DNA of 64,000 bases. It comes from Eledone cirrhosa. Lineage: Eukaryota. Shown here piece after piece: positions 14,445 through 27,854 of this stretch. The notes beneath the pieces are model-generated. The model had not been told where the DNA came from and did not search any database. It saw only the letters and a list, made by a program, of their open reading frames with translations. Position numbers and translations under genes: made by a program. Positions within the stretch are counted from its first letter, which is position 1. Every line of letters begins with the position of its first letter. Location of the stretch: the NCBI GenBank assembly GCA_964016885.1, contig OZ024757.1, positions 7,254,001-7,318,000 on the forward strand. Direction: 5' to 3'.

Positions 14445-14648
14445 TATATATATGTTGTGATGTCACTGGTGTCAAGCTGTGTCAGCCATTACCTTTCCCT
14501 TGGACATATATATAGTGTATATATACTGTATAATATATATAGTGTATATATATGTTGTGATGTCACAAGTGCCAAGCTGTATCGGCCATAGCCTTTCTCT
14601 TGGACAACATATATAGGGTATTATATATACTGTACACAGTGTATATAT
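14222..14648 (+). repeat. Four SINE-tail modules separated by TA-rich spacers
   Basis: GTTGTGATGTCAC-GTG(C/T)CAAGCTGT module at ~14225, 14320, 14453 and 14554. Confidence 0.88.
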
Positions 14649-14649
14649 A

Positions 14650-15040
14650 CATCATCATCATCATCATCGTTTAACGTCCATCTTCCATGCTAGCATGGGT
14701 TTGGACGGGAGTTTTGCCACTTGAGGCAACAATGGTTGTCTTGCTCGCATAGGACTGTCTGGTGGGTTTTCTACGGCTGGATGCCCTTCCTAACACCAAC
14801 CACATTTACAGTGTGGACTGGGAGGTTTTTACCGTGTTACCTACACGGCCACATTACAGCGTGGACTGTGTGTGTTTTTTTTTTGTCGTGACACCTACAC
14901 GACCTCATTTGTTTCGGACTGGATGTTGTGGTACCGACATAACTTCACATTTAAGGTGGTGGTGTGGATGGAGTGGGGGTGTATTTTGTTAGAGGTGCCT
15001 ACTGACTGTTGCTTTCAGCAGGTTCACTTTCAAGGATTGC
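14650..15040 (-). mobile_element. 3'UTR fragment of the PHD-containing RTE family
   Basis: Reverse complement matches 49700-50080 and ends GTTAAACGATGATGATG. Confidence 0.88.
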
Positions 15041-15628
15041 CACTGTTCCTCTATATTGCATGTCTCTAATTGATCTTCTTTATTGTCAAAGGCATCAAGT
15101 AATAGGCTTTTAAATTCGTCACTGGCTATGGGGTCCTTTAACTTCCATAATCTTCTACTCAAGGTAGTCTACAATTTACCAATATAGAAATATAAAATTT
15201 CCACTGTTAAATCTATCTCTGCTTCTAAAGTATTCTGTATTATCTCATACTGTTTCTTTCTTATTTCAGAATACCAGATGACATTGGGATAAATTATTAT
15301 TTTCAATCTTGGATACATCACCTCTATTTATCATCATTTTAAGACTAAAACATTCTAAGCAGAACTTACATAACACTGTTTATATAAATCTCTCGTAATA
15401 TTACTGTGAAATATTTCCTCAAAACTGAGTTTATTTTCTTCACTATCAGATGATTTTGTATTTTAACTAAACTTGGATGGAAAAGAAGTTAGTATTATCT
15501 TCAGGTGCTTACTGAAATATAGTTGAGGGAAATATAGAAGAAATATTTTATAAGAAATATAATATAAAAAAAATTACAAGGAAAACATCTGTATATTCTG
15601 TTGAAGAAGGAATAATTATGGAAAATAA

Positions 15629-16051
<423 letters not shown>

Positions 16052-16255
16052 TGCATTGACATCAGAAATAAATCATTCCCTCAAATTTGTGAATTAATGA
16101 AAATATAAATACATATCATTGTGACATCTGAGAGAAACCATTCTCTTTGAATGTTACACACAAACATATACATACAGCTGGCAAGCCATATCACTTTGAT
16201 ATATTTGGTAAATCTTTCTCTAAATGTTGTGACTTCACTAGACACTAACATCTCC

Positions 16256-16630
16256 AGGAGCGGAACCATATCACTGTGATGTCTGTGGTAAATGCTTCTC
16301 TAAATTCTGTGACTTCATTAGACACTAACATCTACAGGAGAGGAACCATATCACTGTCATGTCTGTGGTAAATGCTTCTCTAAATGCTGTGACTTCACTA
16401 CACACTAACATCTAGAGGAGAGGAACCATATCACTGTGATGTCGGTGGTAAATGCTTCTCTAAATTCTGTGACTTCACTAGACACTAACATCTACAGGAG
16501 AGGAACCATATCACTGTGATGTCTGTGGTAAATGCTTCTCTAAATGTTGTGACTTCACTACAGACTAACATATACAGGAGAGGAACCATATCACTGTCAT
16601 GTCTGTGGTAAATTGTTCTCTTCTAAAGAT
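16256..16630 (+). repeat. 80-bp tandem repeat derived from a zinc-finger unit, in the ZNF-A 3'UTR
   Basis: GGAACCATATCACTGT begins at 16262, 16342, 16422, 16502 and 16582. Units carry TAA in CACTAACAT. Confidence 0.92.
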
Positions 16631-16710
16631 GATTTAATGCAACACAATTAGACAAGATGAAAACCATGTCACTCACCCAAAATAGTGCCACCAATGTTGT
16701 TAATATCTTG

Positions 16711-16716
16711 AATAAA
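16711..16716 (+). terminator. Candidate polyadenylation signal of ZNF-A
   Basis: AATAAA followed by T-rich sequence; conserved in the paralog at 36031-36036. Confidence 0.6.
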
Positions 16717-16937
16717 ACTGTTTTACTAAGAAATTCTTCTCCTTTCATTTTATTTGTAGAAGTTGTAACCAAGAGTTTTGCCGACAAAACTGTATTGTTC
16801 TGAATTTACACACGTTATATATATGTGAATGTATGTGTGTAGAAATTTGTGTCCATGTATATGTTGTATCTATGTTTGTATATACGTATGTTCATATCTG
16901 TGTTTGATTTATGTGTGTATGGATGTGTGTATATGTA

Positions 16938-17578
16938 CGTCATCTTCATCAACATCATCACTGTTTTTATGTCGGTTTTTCTATGCTTCCTTGGGTTGGA
17001 CAGGTCCTTCTCAACATGGTATCTTTCCACTTGACGTGTTCCTTTGTCATCTCCTCTGTGAGAGTCAGTTCTTTGCAGTCAGTTCACACAGCCTCTGTCC
17101 AGGTCTTTCTTGGTCTTCCTCTACTATGGTTTTCTTCTACTGGGATTTCCTGGCACTTCATCACCCAGCGGTCATTATCCATGTTCATCACATGTCTGTA
17201 CAAACACAGTCTTCTCTCTTACACACCACTTCAGATCACTCTTAAACCCAGCTTCTTCTTGTACTCGTCCAAGCTCTGCCTTTCTCTCACACTTACACAA
17301 CATATCCTACAAAGCATGGTTGTTTCATTTTTCTCCAGTCTACATATCCTCTGCAGTCACAGCCTTGTTTAGTTACCATGCATCATTGCACATCACCCAC
17401 ATGTGTCATACAGTTGTCCTTTTGTACAGAGAGAGAAACCTTTTGTGGTCAACTGTTGCAGTAGCTCTCTAAACTTTTTCCATCCTATCCTTATTCTAGC
17501 TATTCATCTTTCAGAGCAGCCCCCTCCACTGCTAATTAAGTCACCTAGATTGCAAAAGCTATCAAACACTTCTATGTA
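16938..17578 (-). mobile_element. Old 5'-truncated RTE fragment
   Basis: Reverse complement is homologous to the GDKISSGGGCSE to GRPRKTW region; degenerate GAT tail at ~16940-16960. Confidence 0.82.
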
Positions 17579-17969
17579 TGTCTAATTACATATATAATTA
17601 AGCCTGACAATTCCACCACTAAAGATTTACCTCCCTTTTTGACAATATGAAACTCTCCTCTGTTTGGGGTGAAAATTGTTGGAGGAAAGAACTTCCTTTT
17701 AATATTTGTCAGCATGCTTAATGAAGGGTCTGTTTGGAAATGCCCCCCCCCCCCCCTCCCCCCATTAAACAGTGGTGGCCATAAATGGAATAGGAAACCA
17801 ATGGTCACACATACATGTTATGTGTATGAAACATTATTTACTCTAAATAGACTATGAGATTTAGTAGGAGATAAAGTAAGGTAGCTAAGAAAGCATGTTT
17901 TACATGGGGTCATTGCACTGGAACAGTAAAAAGCAATCGCTTTTAGGAGACAAGCTCTATCAAATATTT

Positions 17970-19250
17970 AAAGGGTTCCATAGAAGTAGCTGGTTGACAG
18001 TTTCTGTTACCTGGGTGACCAAATTAGCAGTGGAGGTAGGTGTTCTGAAAGTACAGTAACAAGAGTAAGAACAAGATGGCAGATGTTTAGGGTGTTACTA
18101 CTGCTACTAGCTACACAAGGTTGTTTCATCAATTTGATGTGTGTATATGAACAGCAATGCTGCATTGCAGTGATGACCTCAAGATTGGATAGAAATGAAG
18201 CTTGAATCTCCGATGGATGTGTAATATTATACATGAAGAACAAATAAACTGAGAGAGAACCTGGTGATGAGAGGGATAAGATACAGTATGCAGGAGAGGA
18301 GATTGCTGTGGTATGGACATGTGATGTGTATGAAGGTAGAGATGCTGTATAAAAGGTTGACTGCTTCAAAATTGATGGAAGAGGAAGACCTAGGAAAGCT
18401 TGGGATGAGGAGGTAAAAACTTACCTGACACCATTGTACCTCTCAAAGGTGATGACACAGGATTGAAATCTCTGGCGTTATACAGTACTGCAGGAGACCT
18501 GCATTCCCATGTCCACGGGTTGACACAACATTTAGTGGTTTGAAGTATGCTCTAATTTTCCTCCTCCCACATCTTAACACTCCACCCCCTTACCAGCTAA
18601 GTACTCCACCCTGACCTACCTCTTCAATCTCCACCCTACATACACACAGCCCCACCCCCACTTTCACATCTGAAACACCTTTCTTGACCAACCCATGTAT
18701 ACAAGTATGGAAAGCTTAACATGCTCTCCCCCAATGCTGCTTAAATGGCTAAAAGCCCTCGGACACTCCTGTAAGGTGGTCATGCAAGTGTCATGACAAA
18801 AGAACACAGAGTCCTCTCTGTTAGGTAATATGACAAAAGAGCACCTAACCCTCCCTGCAAGGTAGTCATGCTGGTGACATGACAAATAAGCACCTAGTTC
18901 ACCCAGTGATGTAGACATGACAGGAGGCCTCTAGCCCACCCTGTAAAGTGGTCATGCTAGTGGCAAGGCTGAAGGGACCCGAACCACCCTTCAAATTGGT
19001 GACATGACAAAGAGCAGCTAAAAGCACCCAGTCCACCCTGTAGGTTGGTCATGTTAGCAACACAACAATAAATACCAAGTCCACCCTGTAAATGTGGTTG
19101 GAGTTAGGAAGGGCATCCTGCCGTACAATCCAACCAGAAATGGTTCTTGCATGAGCAAGACAGGGTTATTTGATCTAAGTTTTCACACAATAGGACAACA
19201 CGTCTGACCCATGCTAGCATGTAAATTGGAGTTTAAATTGTGATGAGGAT
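17970..19250 (+). mobile_element. Old 5'-truncated RTE fragment with internally reiterated 3'UTR
   Basis: TACCTGGGTGACCAAATTAGCAGTGGAGG, GGAAGACCTAGGAAAGCTTGG, repeated CACCCTGTAAAGTGG-like motifs and AGGAAGGGCATCC. Confidence 0.82.
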
Positions 19251-19364
19251 AAATACAATATAGGAATATACACGTATGTATTATATTCTTTTACTCTTTT
19301 ACGTGTTCCAGCTATCTGGCTGAGGCCATGCTGGGGCACCGCCCTTCAGATATATGTATATATA

Positions 19365-22300
19365 TCATCACACATCATCACTCGTCGACTACTGTCGAGA
19401 TGATGCATCTCACTCTCATGCCCCAGAATCCCCTGCCCCCAGGTCCTGTCTGCTGATTCCCGTATCCCTAGAGATAACGTCAGGGAATGACAGCTTCCTC
19501 CTCCTAGTCAGGCTGGTGTCAGGGTTCCAGAGCAAGAGAGCGGATATGATTTCATTGCTGGCACGGTGACAGTGGCCAGCAAATTGAGCTCTCCGGGATT
19601 TTAGAAGGGCAGAGGCTCAAGGGAGTTTGCCATAGATTTTAGACAAGGTGGGATGTCGTTTCCAGGATAGGTTTTGCACTCTCATTAAGAGGCGGGTATA
19701 TGTGCCATCCAATCTCCTCTCAAGTTGTGATGTTAGTGTCCAAGTTTCGGATCCATAAAGTAATATGGGCTTAAGGGTTGCTTGGAATATTTCCAGTTTT
19801 AGCTTGTTGGTAAGTTGAGATGTCCATATGGCATGCATGTCATTGCACGCTGACCATGCCATACCTTTCTTGGTTAGAAAATCTTTTTTGGAGGAGGAGA
19901 TATATGAGCCAAGATAATTGTAATCTTCACCTGCTTAAGGGTGGTACCATTAAGGGTTCTGATGGGGTAGTTTGGGCTGTTTGCGCATCTGTTCACATAC
20001 TCAGTCTTGGATTCGTTGAGGTACAGTCCAACACAGTTGGACGCTTGCTCTAATGACTTCAAAAGACTCTCAGCATTTTCCAGTGACCGACTGATCAATG
20101 CGATGTCGTCAGCAAAGTCGGTGTTGGTCAAGTATTTTGCTGGGTAGCGTGAGCTTCTCCTAGGCTGTAGTTGGTATCCCCTATCCTGAATCCTATCCAC
20201 AGACATGCGCAAAACATAATCCACAACAATGATAAATAGATACGGAGCAAGGTTATCGCCCTGTAAAATTCCAGCGAGGATTGAGAAAGGTGGTGTTTCC
20301 CCATCTGGGGTCAGGACAGTTGATTTGGTATCTGTATACCTTACACGTATGGCCGCGATGATTTTATCAGGAATCCCATAGAGTTGTAGAATTTCAAACA
20401 TCCCCGACCTGTCAACTGAGTCGAAGGCTTTTGAAAAATCAACAAAGATGAGTGCAAGGTCTAGATTGCGGTTTTGGGACTCCTCTATAAGTCGGCGAAG
20501 GCAGAGAATCTGGCTAAGTGTTGATCTACCTCTCCTAAATCCATTCTGGTTGTTACGAAGGATTGGCTCAAGAAATGGGATTAAGCGGTTAAGAAGAAGC
20601 TTGTTGTATATTTTTGCAGCAATTGCCATGAGAGAAATTCCTCTATAGTTGGTGGCTAAAGAAAGATCTCCTTTTTGGGGCATGGGGATAATTTGAGCTG
20701 CATGCCAGACGCTAGGTGGTTTATTGGTCTCGAAAGTATGGTTACATAAGTTGAGCAAAAGGATGTGAAATGCTCCTCCTTCCAAATCAGGGTAGGTATA
20801 TTATCCGGCCCAAAGGCTTTTGAGGCTTTGAGCTGTTTGATGGCTTCTTTGAGCTCAGGCATGGTGAAAGGAGAGGTGTTGATTGCTAAAGGCTCTGAAA
20901 CCTGAACGGATGGCAGTTGATAGTTATCAGGGAGTCTGGCCTTTTTCCCTAGAAGGTTTTTAAAATGAGCAGACCAATTTTCAAGACGTTTTTTGGCAGA
21001 GCCTCCCTTGATTCTAACTGCAGAGTTTGAGTTTTTGCCTGAAAGATCTTTGACAACCTTCCAAGCAAGATGATGGTGTTTGCTGATGTGATGTTGCGAT
21101 AGCTGATCAATCCTACCTGAGATATAGTTGGCTTCAGCATTAAGATAAGCGTCGTCTAGTGATTTTTTGGCCATGATAAGCTGTATCTTTTCCCCTTGAG
21201 ATGGTGATTGATGGTGAGATTGGGATATTGACCTAAGATGGGCCCTTGCCTCAACTACCTTCTCTGAGGCACTCGGTTTCATTTGGCTTCGGTTTTTCCT
21301 TTTAGGTAGGGTGGCAAGTGCAACTTCCTCTGTTGATTGCTTAAGACAGTCATACACATCCTCAATATTATCCTCATTGATGTCAGAAGTTGAGAGAGAT
21401 TGAAATCTGTTATAGACTTGAAGCGTGAAGCTATTGGATAGTTGTTTGTTGGAAGAAACGGCTTTCCAGTCTATTCTTTTCATGGGGTGAGGTTCGGCCC
21501 TCTTGGATATCCTAGGCTAAGTTTGTTTGTTGCGAAGATGACTCGATGATCTGAGCCAACAGAGCTAAAGGAGGAATAAGATCTAGAATCTTTGATTGAG
21601 TTTCTCCATTTCTTGCGAAATATCAAATAGTCAATCTGAGCTCGTTTTTGGTTTGGGTATTCGAAGGTCTAAAGCCGGCCTCTGGTCTTCATGAAGCTGT
21701 TGTTTGAGCTGAATAGACTGAATTCTTCCATGAAGTCCTTGAGATATTCCCCGTTTCGGTTAGTAACCCTATTGTATGTGAACTTTACTTCATCCGGGCC
21801 AAGTTGAGCGTTGAGGTCTCCAGCGATGATAAGAAAGTTGTGTAAGGGTACTTGCTCAACTGTGCGAAGGGTCGTGTAGAATTCTCTTACCTCATCCTCA
21901 GGAGAGGCGTTATGAGGACTGTATACACATATTTCAGTGGTTCTAGGATTGCCCTCTAGTGTAAGCACCAAGATTCTGGGAGAGATTGTTTCAATCCCCA
22001 GAAGATTATTGCTGGCTTTAGATGAGAGAAGGCAGCCGACTCCTCCGACGGAGGCATTGACAGGGTTCTTGGTGGCTGAAGAGGTGACAAGTTGGTAGGA
22101 TCCTAGGGTGTGATACTTGAGATCATCCTTTGGGTGGAAAAAGCAGTGTTCTTGGACTGCAAGGATGTCAATGTTCTGAAGTTTGGCATTCTCTGCCAGC
22201 TCCTGGAGTCTACCTGTTGGAAGGAGGGTTCTGGTGTTCAAGGAGCAACTATTATTTGCTTTTTACAGCTAGCCAGGTGAGATTTGCTTGTTGTTTGGTT

Positions 22301-23240
22301 AGGACCTGTTTCTTCTCCATTAGATGAACCCCGTCCCTTGAGATTTGAGGATTCATCATCATTCGATGCCTTTGTAGGTGCATTATGATCAGAAACAGGA
22401 CCTGGGAATGCAGGGGCTGGACCTATATCAACAGGTATACCATATAGTGTGGTTCCCTGAGGAACAGGAACCCTGGTGCAGTTAGTTGCGAAATCCATCA
22501 TCTTTTCAAATAGCTAATAATGTGTGTGGGCGCCACTACTACACACATGTGAAAGAATTTGACAGCCAAGTCTTGAAGAAGGTGCTTTCTCCTCCGTGTG
22601 GTGGGTTACCCGGCGCCAGATACCAACCTGGTATTTATACCCTCGCCCTAATTGTTCGTGTTGCAAGCACTAGAGTAGTCGCTAACCAAAGCTACGGACC
22701 CACTCTATCCGCCTGGAGATACGTTGTACTAGCTTACCAGCATACTAGTAGCAGGAAGTTGACTTTTCGGCGGGCCGTGCTGGTTTTGGATGGCCATTGA
22801 CTCCAAGAGCTCTTAAGAGCTCCCAGGAGTTCCTTTGCCCTTCGACAGGTTTTATTTATAGTCCTGCAGGATGTCCAAAGTCACCCTCCTCACCAAGAAA
22901 CCTTGGTGGGGTTGCCAGTTTAGTCGCCAACGACCCGACCATGAGACAGGTTGTACTGGGATACATGTTACCAGTAGCACCAACTGGTGACCTGACCATG
23001 TGTGAAATCCATCATCTTTTCAAATAGAATCAAGACGTATCAGAGAACCTTGAGATTTTCAGGTTCGATCATCACATCGATTGTACCCAGAGCTGGTCGC
23101 CAGAGAAACGATTGTAATATGTCCACTACATTCCACTCATCGCAACACTGATTCTCACTTTTTCTGTGATATACTCTGCTCTATGAGAGCATCGAGTGCT
23201 CAAACGGCCTACTGCATATGGACGCTTTAAGCATCCCAAA
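19365..23240 (-). mobile_element. Near full-length RTE-clade LINE (second family; APE + RT, disrupted) with long 5'UTR
   Basis: APE (NTRTL, DILAVQE, VYSPH, AGDLNA) at 22241-21669; RT (NYRGISL, QNGFRRGRST, FVDFSKAFDS, GILQGD, FADD) at 20785-19874; LLYGSETW region. Split by frameshifts and stops; GATGAT tail. The 5' boundary is approximate. Confidence 0.93.
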
Positions 23241-24496
23241 CCAATTATATATATATATATATATATATATTAAAATAACAGATTATAGTTTAAGCAAAGA
23301 ATCGCTGCTTTCCCCCTTAACGGGATCTTCTGAAACTAAAAAAAAAATCAATCCATGACCGAAAAAGTAAATATTTCGAAAAACTTTGCAACCGAAGGAA
23401 AACAGGAAGACGATACTTTGGTTCGTGAAGACGTTTCCTGGCAATGAACGGATAAAAGCGAAGATAATACGTCGTTATGTGGAGCGGTGACAACAATTTC
23501 ACGTAAAGACAAAACCACGTTTATGGTATAAATGGAGGCGTAGACTAATATACTATTTAGGAAACTGAATGATTCTCGGCTTCGGAGTTCAGAATAATGT
23601 AAATAAATTAGTTGAACGAAAATGACAGAGGTTATTGAAATCATAAAATTAATAATAATTAAATATATACATACACACATTTATACACGTGTATATACAA
23701 AAACACACGGCATGTATGCATATACATGCACGTACACATAAACACGCACACACAGACGTAAACCGGTGCGACACATATACCCGCACACGTACGGACATAT
23801 ACACCAAATACACATATAAATATTGTGTTTGTGTGTATACATATAATTATATATACACATATAAATATACACGCATAAATGCGTATAGAACGTACACTCA
23901 CACATACCTACAGGTAAATACACATATGTTCACCAAACGTACATATACCAAAACCCTATGTACACATACACACTCATTCATACCCATATATACACATACG
24001 TACATATATGTGTGTGTGTGTATATATATATATATAGAGAGAGAGCAGTTGTAATGGATAATGTCGCTGCTATTTCTAGCAGTTAGAGAGACTACGTAGA
24101 GGTTTTCTTATTGATATATAATTGATACTTTACTGAGTGATACTTTCTGATTTACAATCAATTAAATACGATTGGAACTGTGTTTGAAGGTATTAAATTA
24201 TATCAGGGACTTTTAACGTATGACACCGGTACGAGAGTTGAAACATTCCCAACGACACCCGAGTACCTTCTGTCTTCATTATAACTTTAATTAATCTAAT
24301 TATATCTTGTGTAACAATTATATATATATGTATATACACACAATTTTAATTCCCCGACATCAGTCTTACACTGTCATATCTATTCTTACTTTACAATTGT
24401 GTCTACTAAGAGTTCCATTACAATCTGTAGTAGTAAAACTACTATTTCACCAGAACATCTGCTATCAGTCATTTATAGACAATATATATATTTTAG

Positions 24497-24741
24497 ACCA
24501 CATATCAACCTAATATATATATATTTCCTATCAAATCTGTAGCTAAAGACATAAAGTCAGCCTCACTACTTCATTCTGACAAGATATCAATTTATGACTA
24601 AAGATGAAGAAGATACACCAACGTTAATCTCGTGAAATAAAGCTGATAACATTGAAACTTCTAATTTGATAACAAAGAGATTATTTCTTTGGTTGTTTAG
24701 TAACAACTAACAACACAACACATTGATTATATGTGAAGGAG
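24497..24741 (+). other. Putative non-coding upstream exon of ZNF-B
   Basis: TTTTAG| at 24496 and GAG|GTAAGT at 24742; paralog of 8251-8501. Confidence 0.45.
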
Positions 24742-25093
24742 GTAAGTTGACAAAGATTTACTTAATGTCTATATTAATGTGTGTAAATAATATAATTATG
24801 TGAACCGTACAACGACCCAGTAATTATATACAAGTGAAAATATATATAACAACATTAGAGAAATATATTTCTTCCTCCACTTTTATAGATAGAAAAAACA
24901 CTTCCAAACTGAAATGTTGATGTGATATTTTTCAATCATCAGATTCCACTGTTACATGTGATATAAAATATATTGTTATGACTGTCTTTATTATTTAATT
25001 ACCTCCGTCTATATTTCAACCCCTGGAACAACCTCAAACAAGAAACAGTTGTCACCCTCAGTCAACATTTTAATGTAAGAGATCGAAATAAAG

Positions 25094-25710
25094 GGCACTG
25101 TCGTGGTATTAGCTGTCAGAAAGAAGGTGACATCAGTCGTCAACCTTTTCAATCCTTTATTTCCATATCACTGTTCCCTTTATTTACGTTTATTATTTTA
25201 TTTATGAGGACCAAATAACCCCGTAATTTTCGAGAGAAACGATAATATACAATCTTATTTAACATGTATATTAAAAACTACACTAGCTGTTACAATTGTA
25301 ATTAACGTGTAAGAACTTAAATGAAAATATAGGTGGCCCTTAAAAGGGCCGGTGTTGAAACAAGTCATGGTTATCAAATTAGAAACCAAATTTAAGTTCA
25401 ACACCGGCCCTTTTAAGGGCCACCTATATTTTCATTTAAGTTCTTACACGTTAATTACAATTGTAACAGCTAGTGTACTTTTTAATACACATGTTAAATG
25501 AGATTGTATATTATCGTTTCTCTCGAAAATTACGGGCTTATTTGGTCCCCATATTTTTTAATAAGTGTATCTCATCGTAAACGTATCCCTTAGAAAATCC
25601 TAAACATAAATAAAGGGAATAGTGATACGGAAATAAAGGATTAAGAAGGTTGACGAATGACGTCACCTTCTTCTACTTTCACTTCTGACAGCTAATACCA
25701 TGACACTGCC
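25094..25710. mobile_element. Foldback MITE (duplicate of 8861-9480)
   Basis: Same termini and flanks. Both arms carry a perfect GGCCCTTTTAAGGGCCACC. Confidence 0.88.
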
Positions 25711-25764
25711 GAAATATATGTTATGATTGTATATAGATAGATGTATGTTGTGTGTGTATATATA

Positions 25765-26292
25765 CAGTAATCCCCCGCTATATCGCGGTTCACTTTTCGC
25801 GGTCCCGTTACATCGCGGATATTTCTTAGGAACGTATCTAATTCCTTATCGCGGTACGTCTGAATAAAAAGTGTTTAAATTTGAAACTTATTAAATAAGT
25901 TTCAATGTTATTAAAGTGTATATCGTAAGGAAGGGACATCTTAAGGCTTTAATTATGAACAAATGTTTATATTTTTCATTCCATTACTGTTTTACTGATT
26001 GTGTTTTGCTCTAATCTACTACAAACCCTTCATAGATTGACGGGAGATGTGTAGTGTATTACCAAGTGGCTACCGTGGCTGGCAATAGTCCTCATTGGTA
26101 ACTAGTGGTATGATGGTTAGTGGTAGTTTCTATACGATCGTTACTGGCTGTTTTTGGTGTTTAAATACAAAAGTGTGTTTTAATGAGTTTATATGTACTT
26201 AAAGCATGTATGAGAGGTATTTTAAAGCTTAGACTATGAAAACAACGGTTGTCTTTATGGTCTCTCTATATCACGGTTGGTTCTGGAAGGTA
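25765..26292. mobile_element. pogo/Tigger-like element (duplicate of 9535-10107)
   Basis: TA-CAGTAATCCCCCGCTATATCGCGG terminus. Confidence 0.65.
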
Positions 26293-26294
26293 TC

Positions 26295-26880
26295 ATGGCT
26301 TAGTGGTTAGAGCATTGGGCTTGCAATCGTATGGTTGTGAGTTCGATTATCGCACCGTATGATTTGTTGTTTCCTTGAGCAAGACACTTTATTTCACATT
26401 GTTTACTCAGCTGTAGAAATGAGTTGTGATGTCACTGGTGCCAAGCTGTATCAGCCATAGCCTTTCTCTTGGACAACATTATATATAGTGTATAATATAT
26501 ACTGTACACAGTGTATATATAATATATATATAGTGTATATATGTTGAGATGTTACTGGTGCCAAGCTGTATCAGCCATTGTCTTTCTCTTGGACAACATT
26601 ATATATAGTGTATAATATATACTGTACACAGTGTATATATAATATATATATAGTGTATATATGTTGAGATGTTACTGGTGCCAAGCTGTATCAGCCATTG
26701 CCTTTCTCTTGGATAACATCATATATAGTGTATAATATATACTGTACATAGTGTATATATAATATATATATAGTATATATGTTGTGATACTGGTGCCAAG
26801 CTGTATCACATAGCCTTTCTCTTGGACAACATCATATATAGTGTATAATATATCCTGTACACAGTGTATATATAATATAT
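26295..26880 (+). mobile_element. tRNA-derived SINE followed by ~120-bp tandem reiterations of its tail
   Basis: A box TGGCTTAGTGG, B box GAGTTCGATTA; tail module at ~26422, 26543, 26663 and 26781. Confidence 0.85.
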
Positions 26881-26883
26881 GTA

Positions 26884-27666
26884 TGTAAAAGGTAAACAGA
26901 AATAACAACACAATCGGTACAGTATATGGAAGGGATATATTAGGTTAACGCTTTATATAACAGGAAGAGGGTCTTAACGTTTCAGATGCTAGTCCTTCAT
27001 CAGAAGAAAGAATGCGAAATAAAATAGATTGAGGAGATGGGTGGGGTGGGATTGGAAAAAATGTCTTTAGATAAAAATAACAGGTCCATTCATGTTGACA
27101 TCTCTTGCAAAACTGTTGGTGCTGGCGTTTTGTGTATGATTTATTTTTTAGAAAAGTGGATGATGGAGCACGTCTACCTGAAATGGAAAAAAAAACGTTT
27201 TGTAAAAAGATCTACACTTGTGCACATGCGTAAGTGTGTGTGTGTGTCTGTTATTATACGTCCGTACGAAGCTAAGAAGAAATGTGTGTGTATATGTGAG
27301 TAAAAGAGTGTGTGTGCATGTAAGTACAAAGCTATGAGCAACAGTATGTTAATATAAGGGTGTGTATGTATAAAGAGCAGTGAAGGGAAAAGTGGAGTGA
27401 GCATATATAGTTGGCCTGTATTAGTTTGAAGAGAAGACGTTAATGATGAAGAGAAAGTGATAGGAATCTAGGGGTGTGATAATGGACGGAGTATTAGAGA
27501 AATTGAGGAGGTGAGTTGAGTCCAAGAGGGGAATAGGACCCAAGGCGGTGAATCAGACTTTGTCCAGTCCTGGTGCGTGAGGCCTGTGATCCATGATGTA
27601 AAAGGAGACCCAGGACTGAAACATGTAAGGAAGAATGACCAGGAGAACAGAAATGACGGGTGACAG
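26884..27666 (-). mobile_element. 5'-truncated Penelope-like element (Neptune-type GIY-YIG C-terminus + pseudo-LTR)
   Basis: 27666-27494 translates VTRHFCSPGHSSLHVSVLGL...LIHRLGSYSPLGLN, the HF-GH / LI-RLG-P-GLN end of PLE endonucleases. Hammerhead core downstream; same terminal sequence at 50757-50900. Confidence 0.82.
26972..27007 (-). ncRNA. Minimal type I hammerhead ribozyme (Penelope-associated)
   Basis: Minus strand: TCTT-CTGATGA-AGGACTAGCATCT-GAAACGTT-AAGA. Core intact, stem I TCTT/AAGA, palindromic ACGT in place of stem III. Confidence 0.78.
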
Positions 27667-27854
27667 TGTATATATACTGTACATAGTGTATATACATAGT
27701 ATATATGTTGTGATGTCACTGGTCCCAAGTTGTATCAGCCATTGCCTTTCCCATCGTCATATATGCTGTACACAGTGTATATGTAATATATATAGTGTAT
27801 ATGTAATGTATATATAATATATATATAGTGTATATAACTAGTATATATAACATA

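Noticed and set aside
22780-23240. HDV-like ribozyme in the RTE 5'UTR
   Set aside because: Known for some RTEs, but I could not assemble P1, P1.1 and P3 by eye; a descriptor search is needed.
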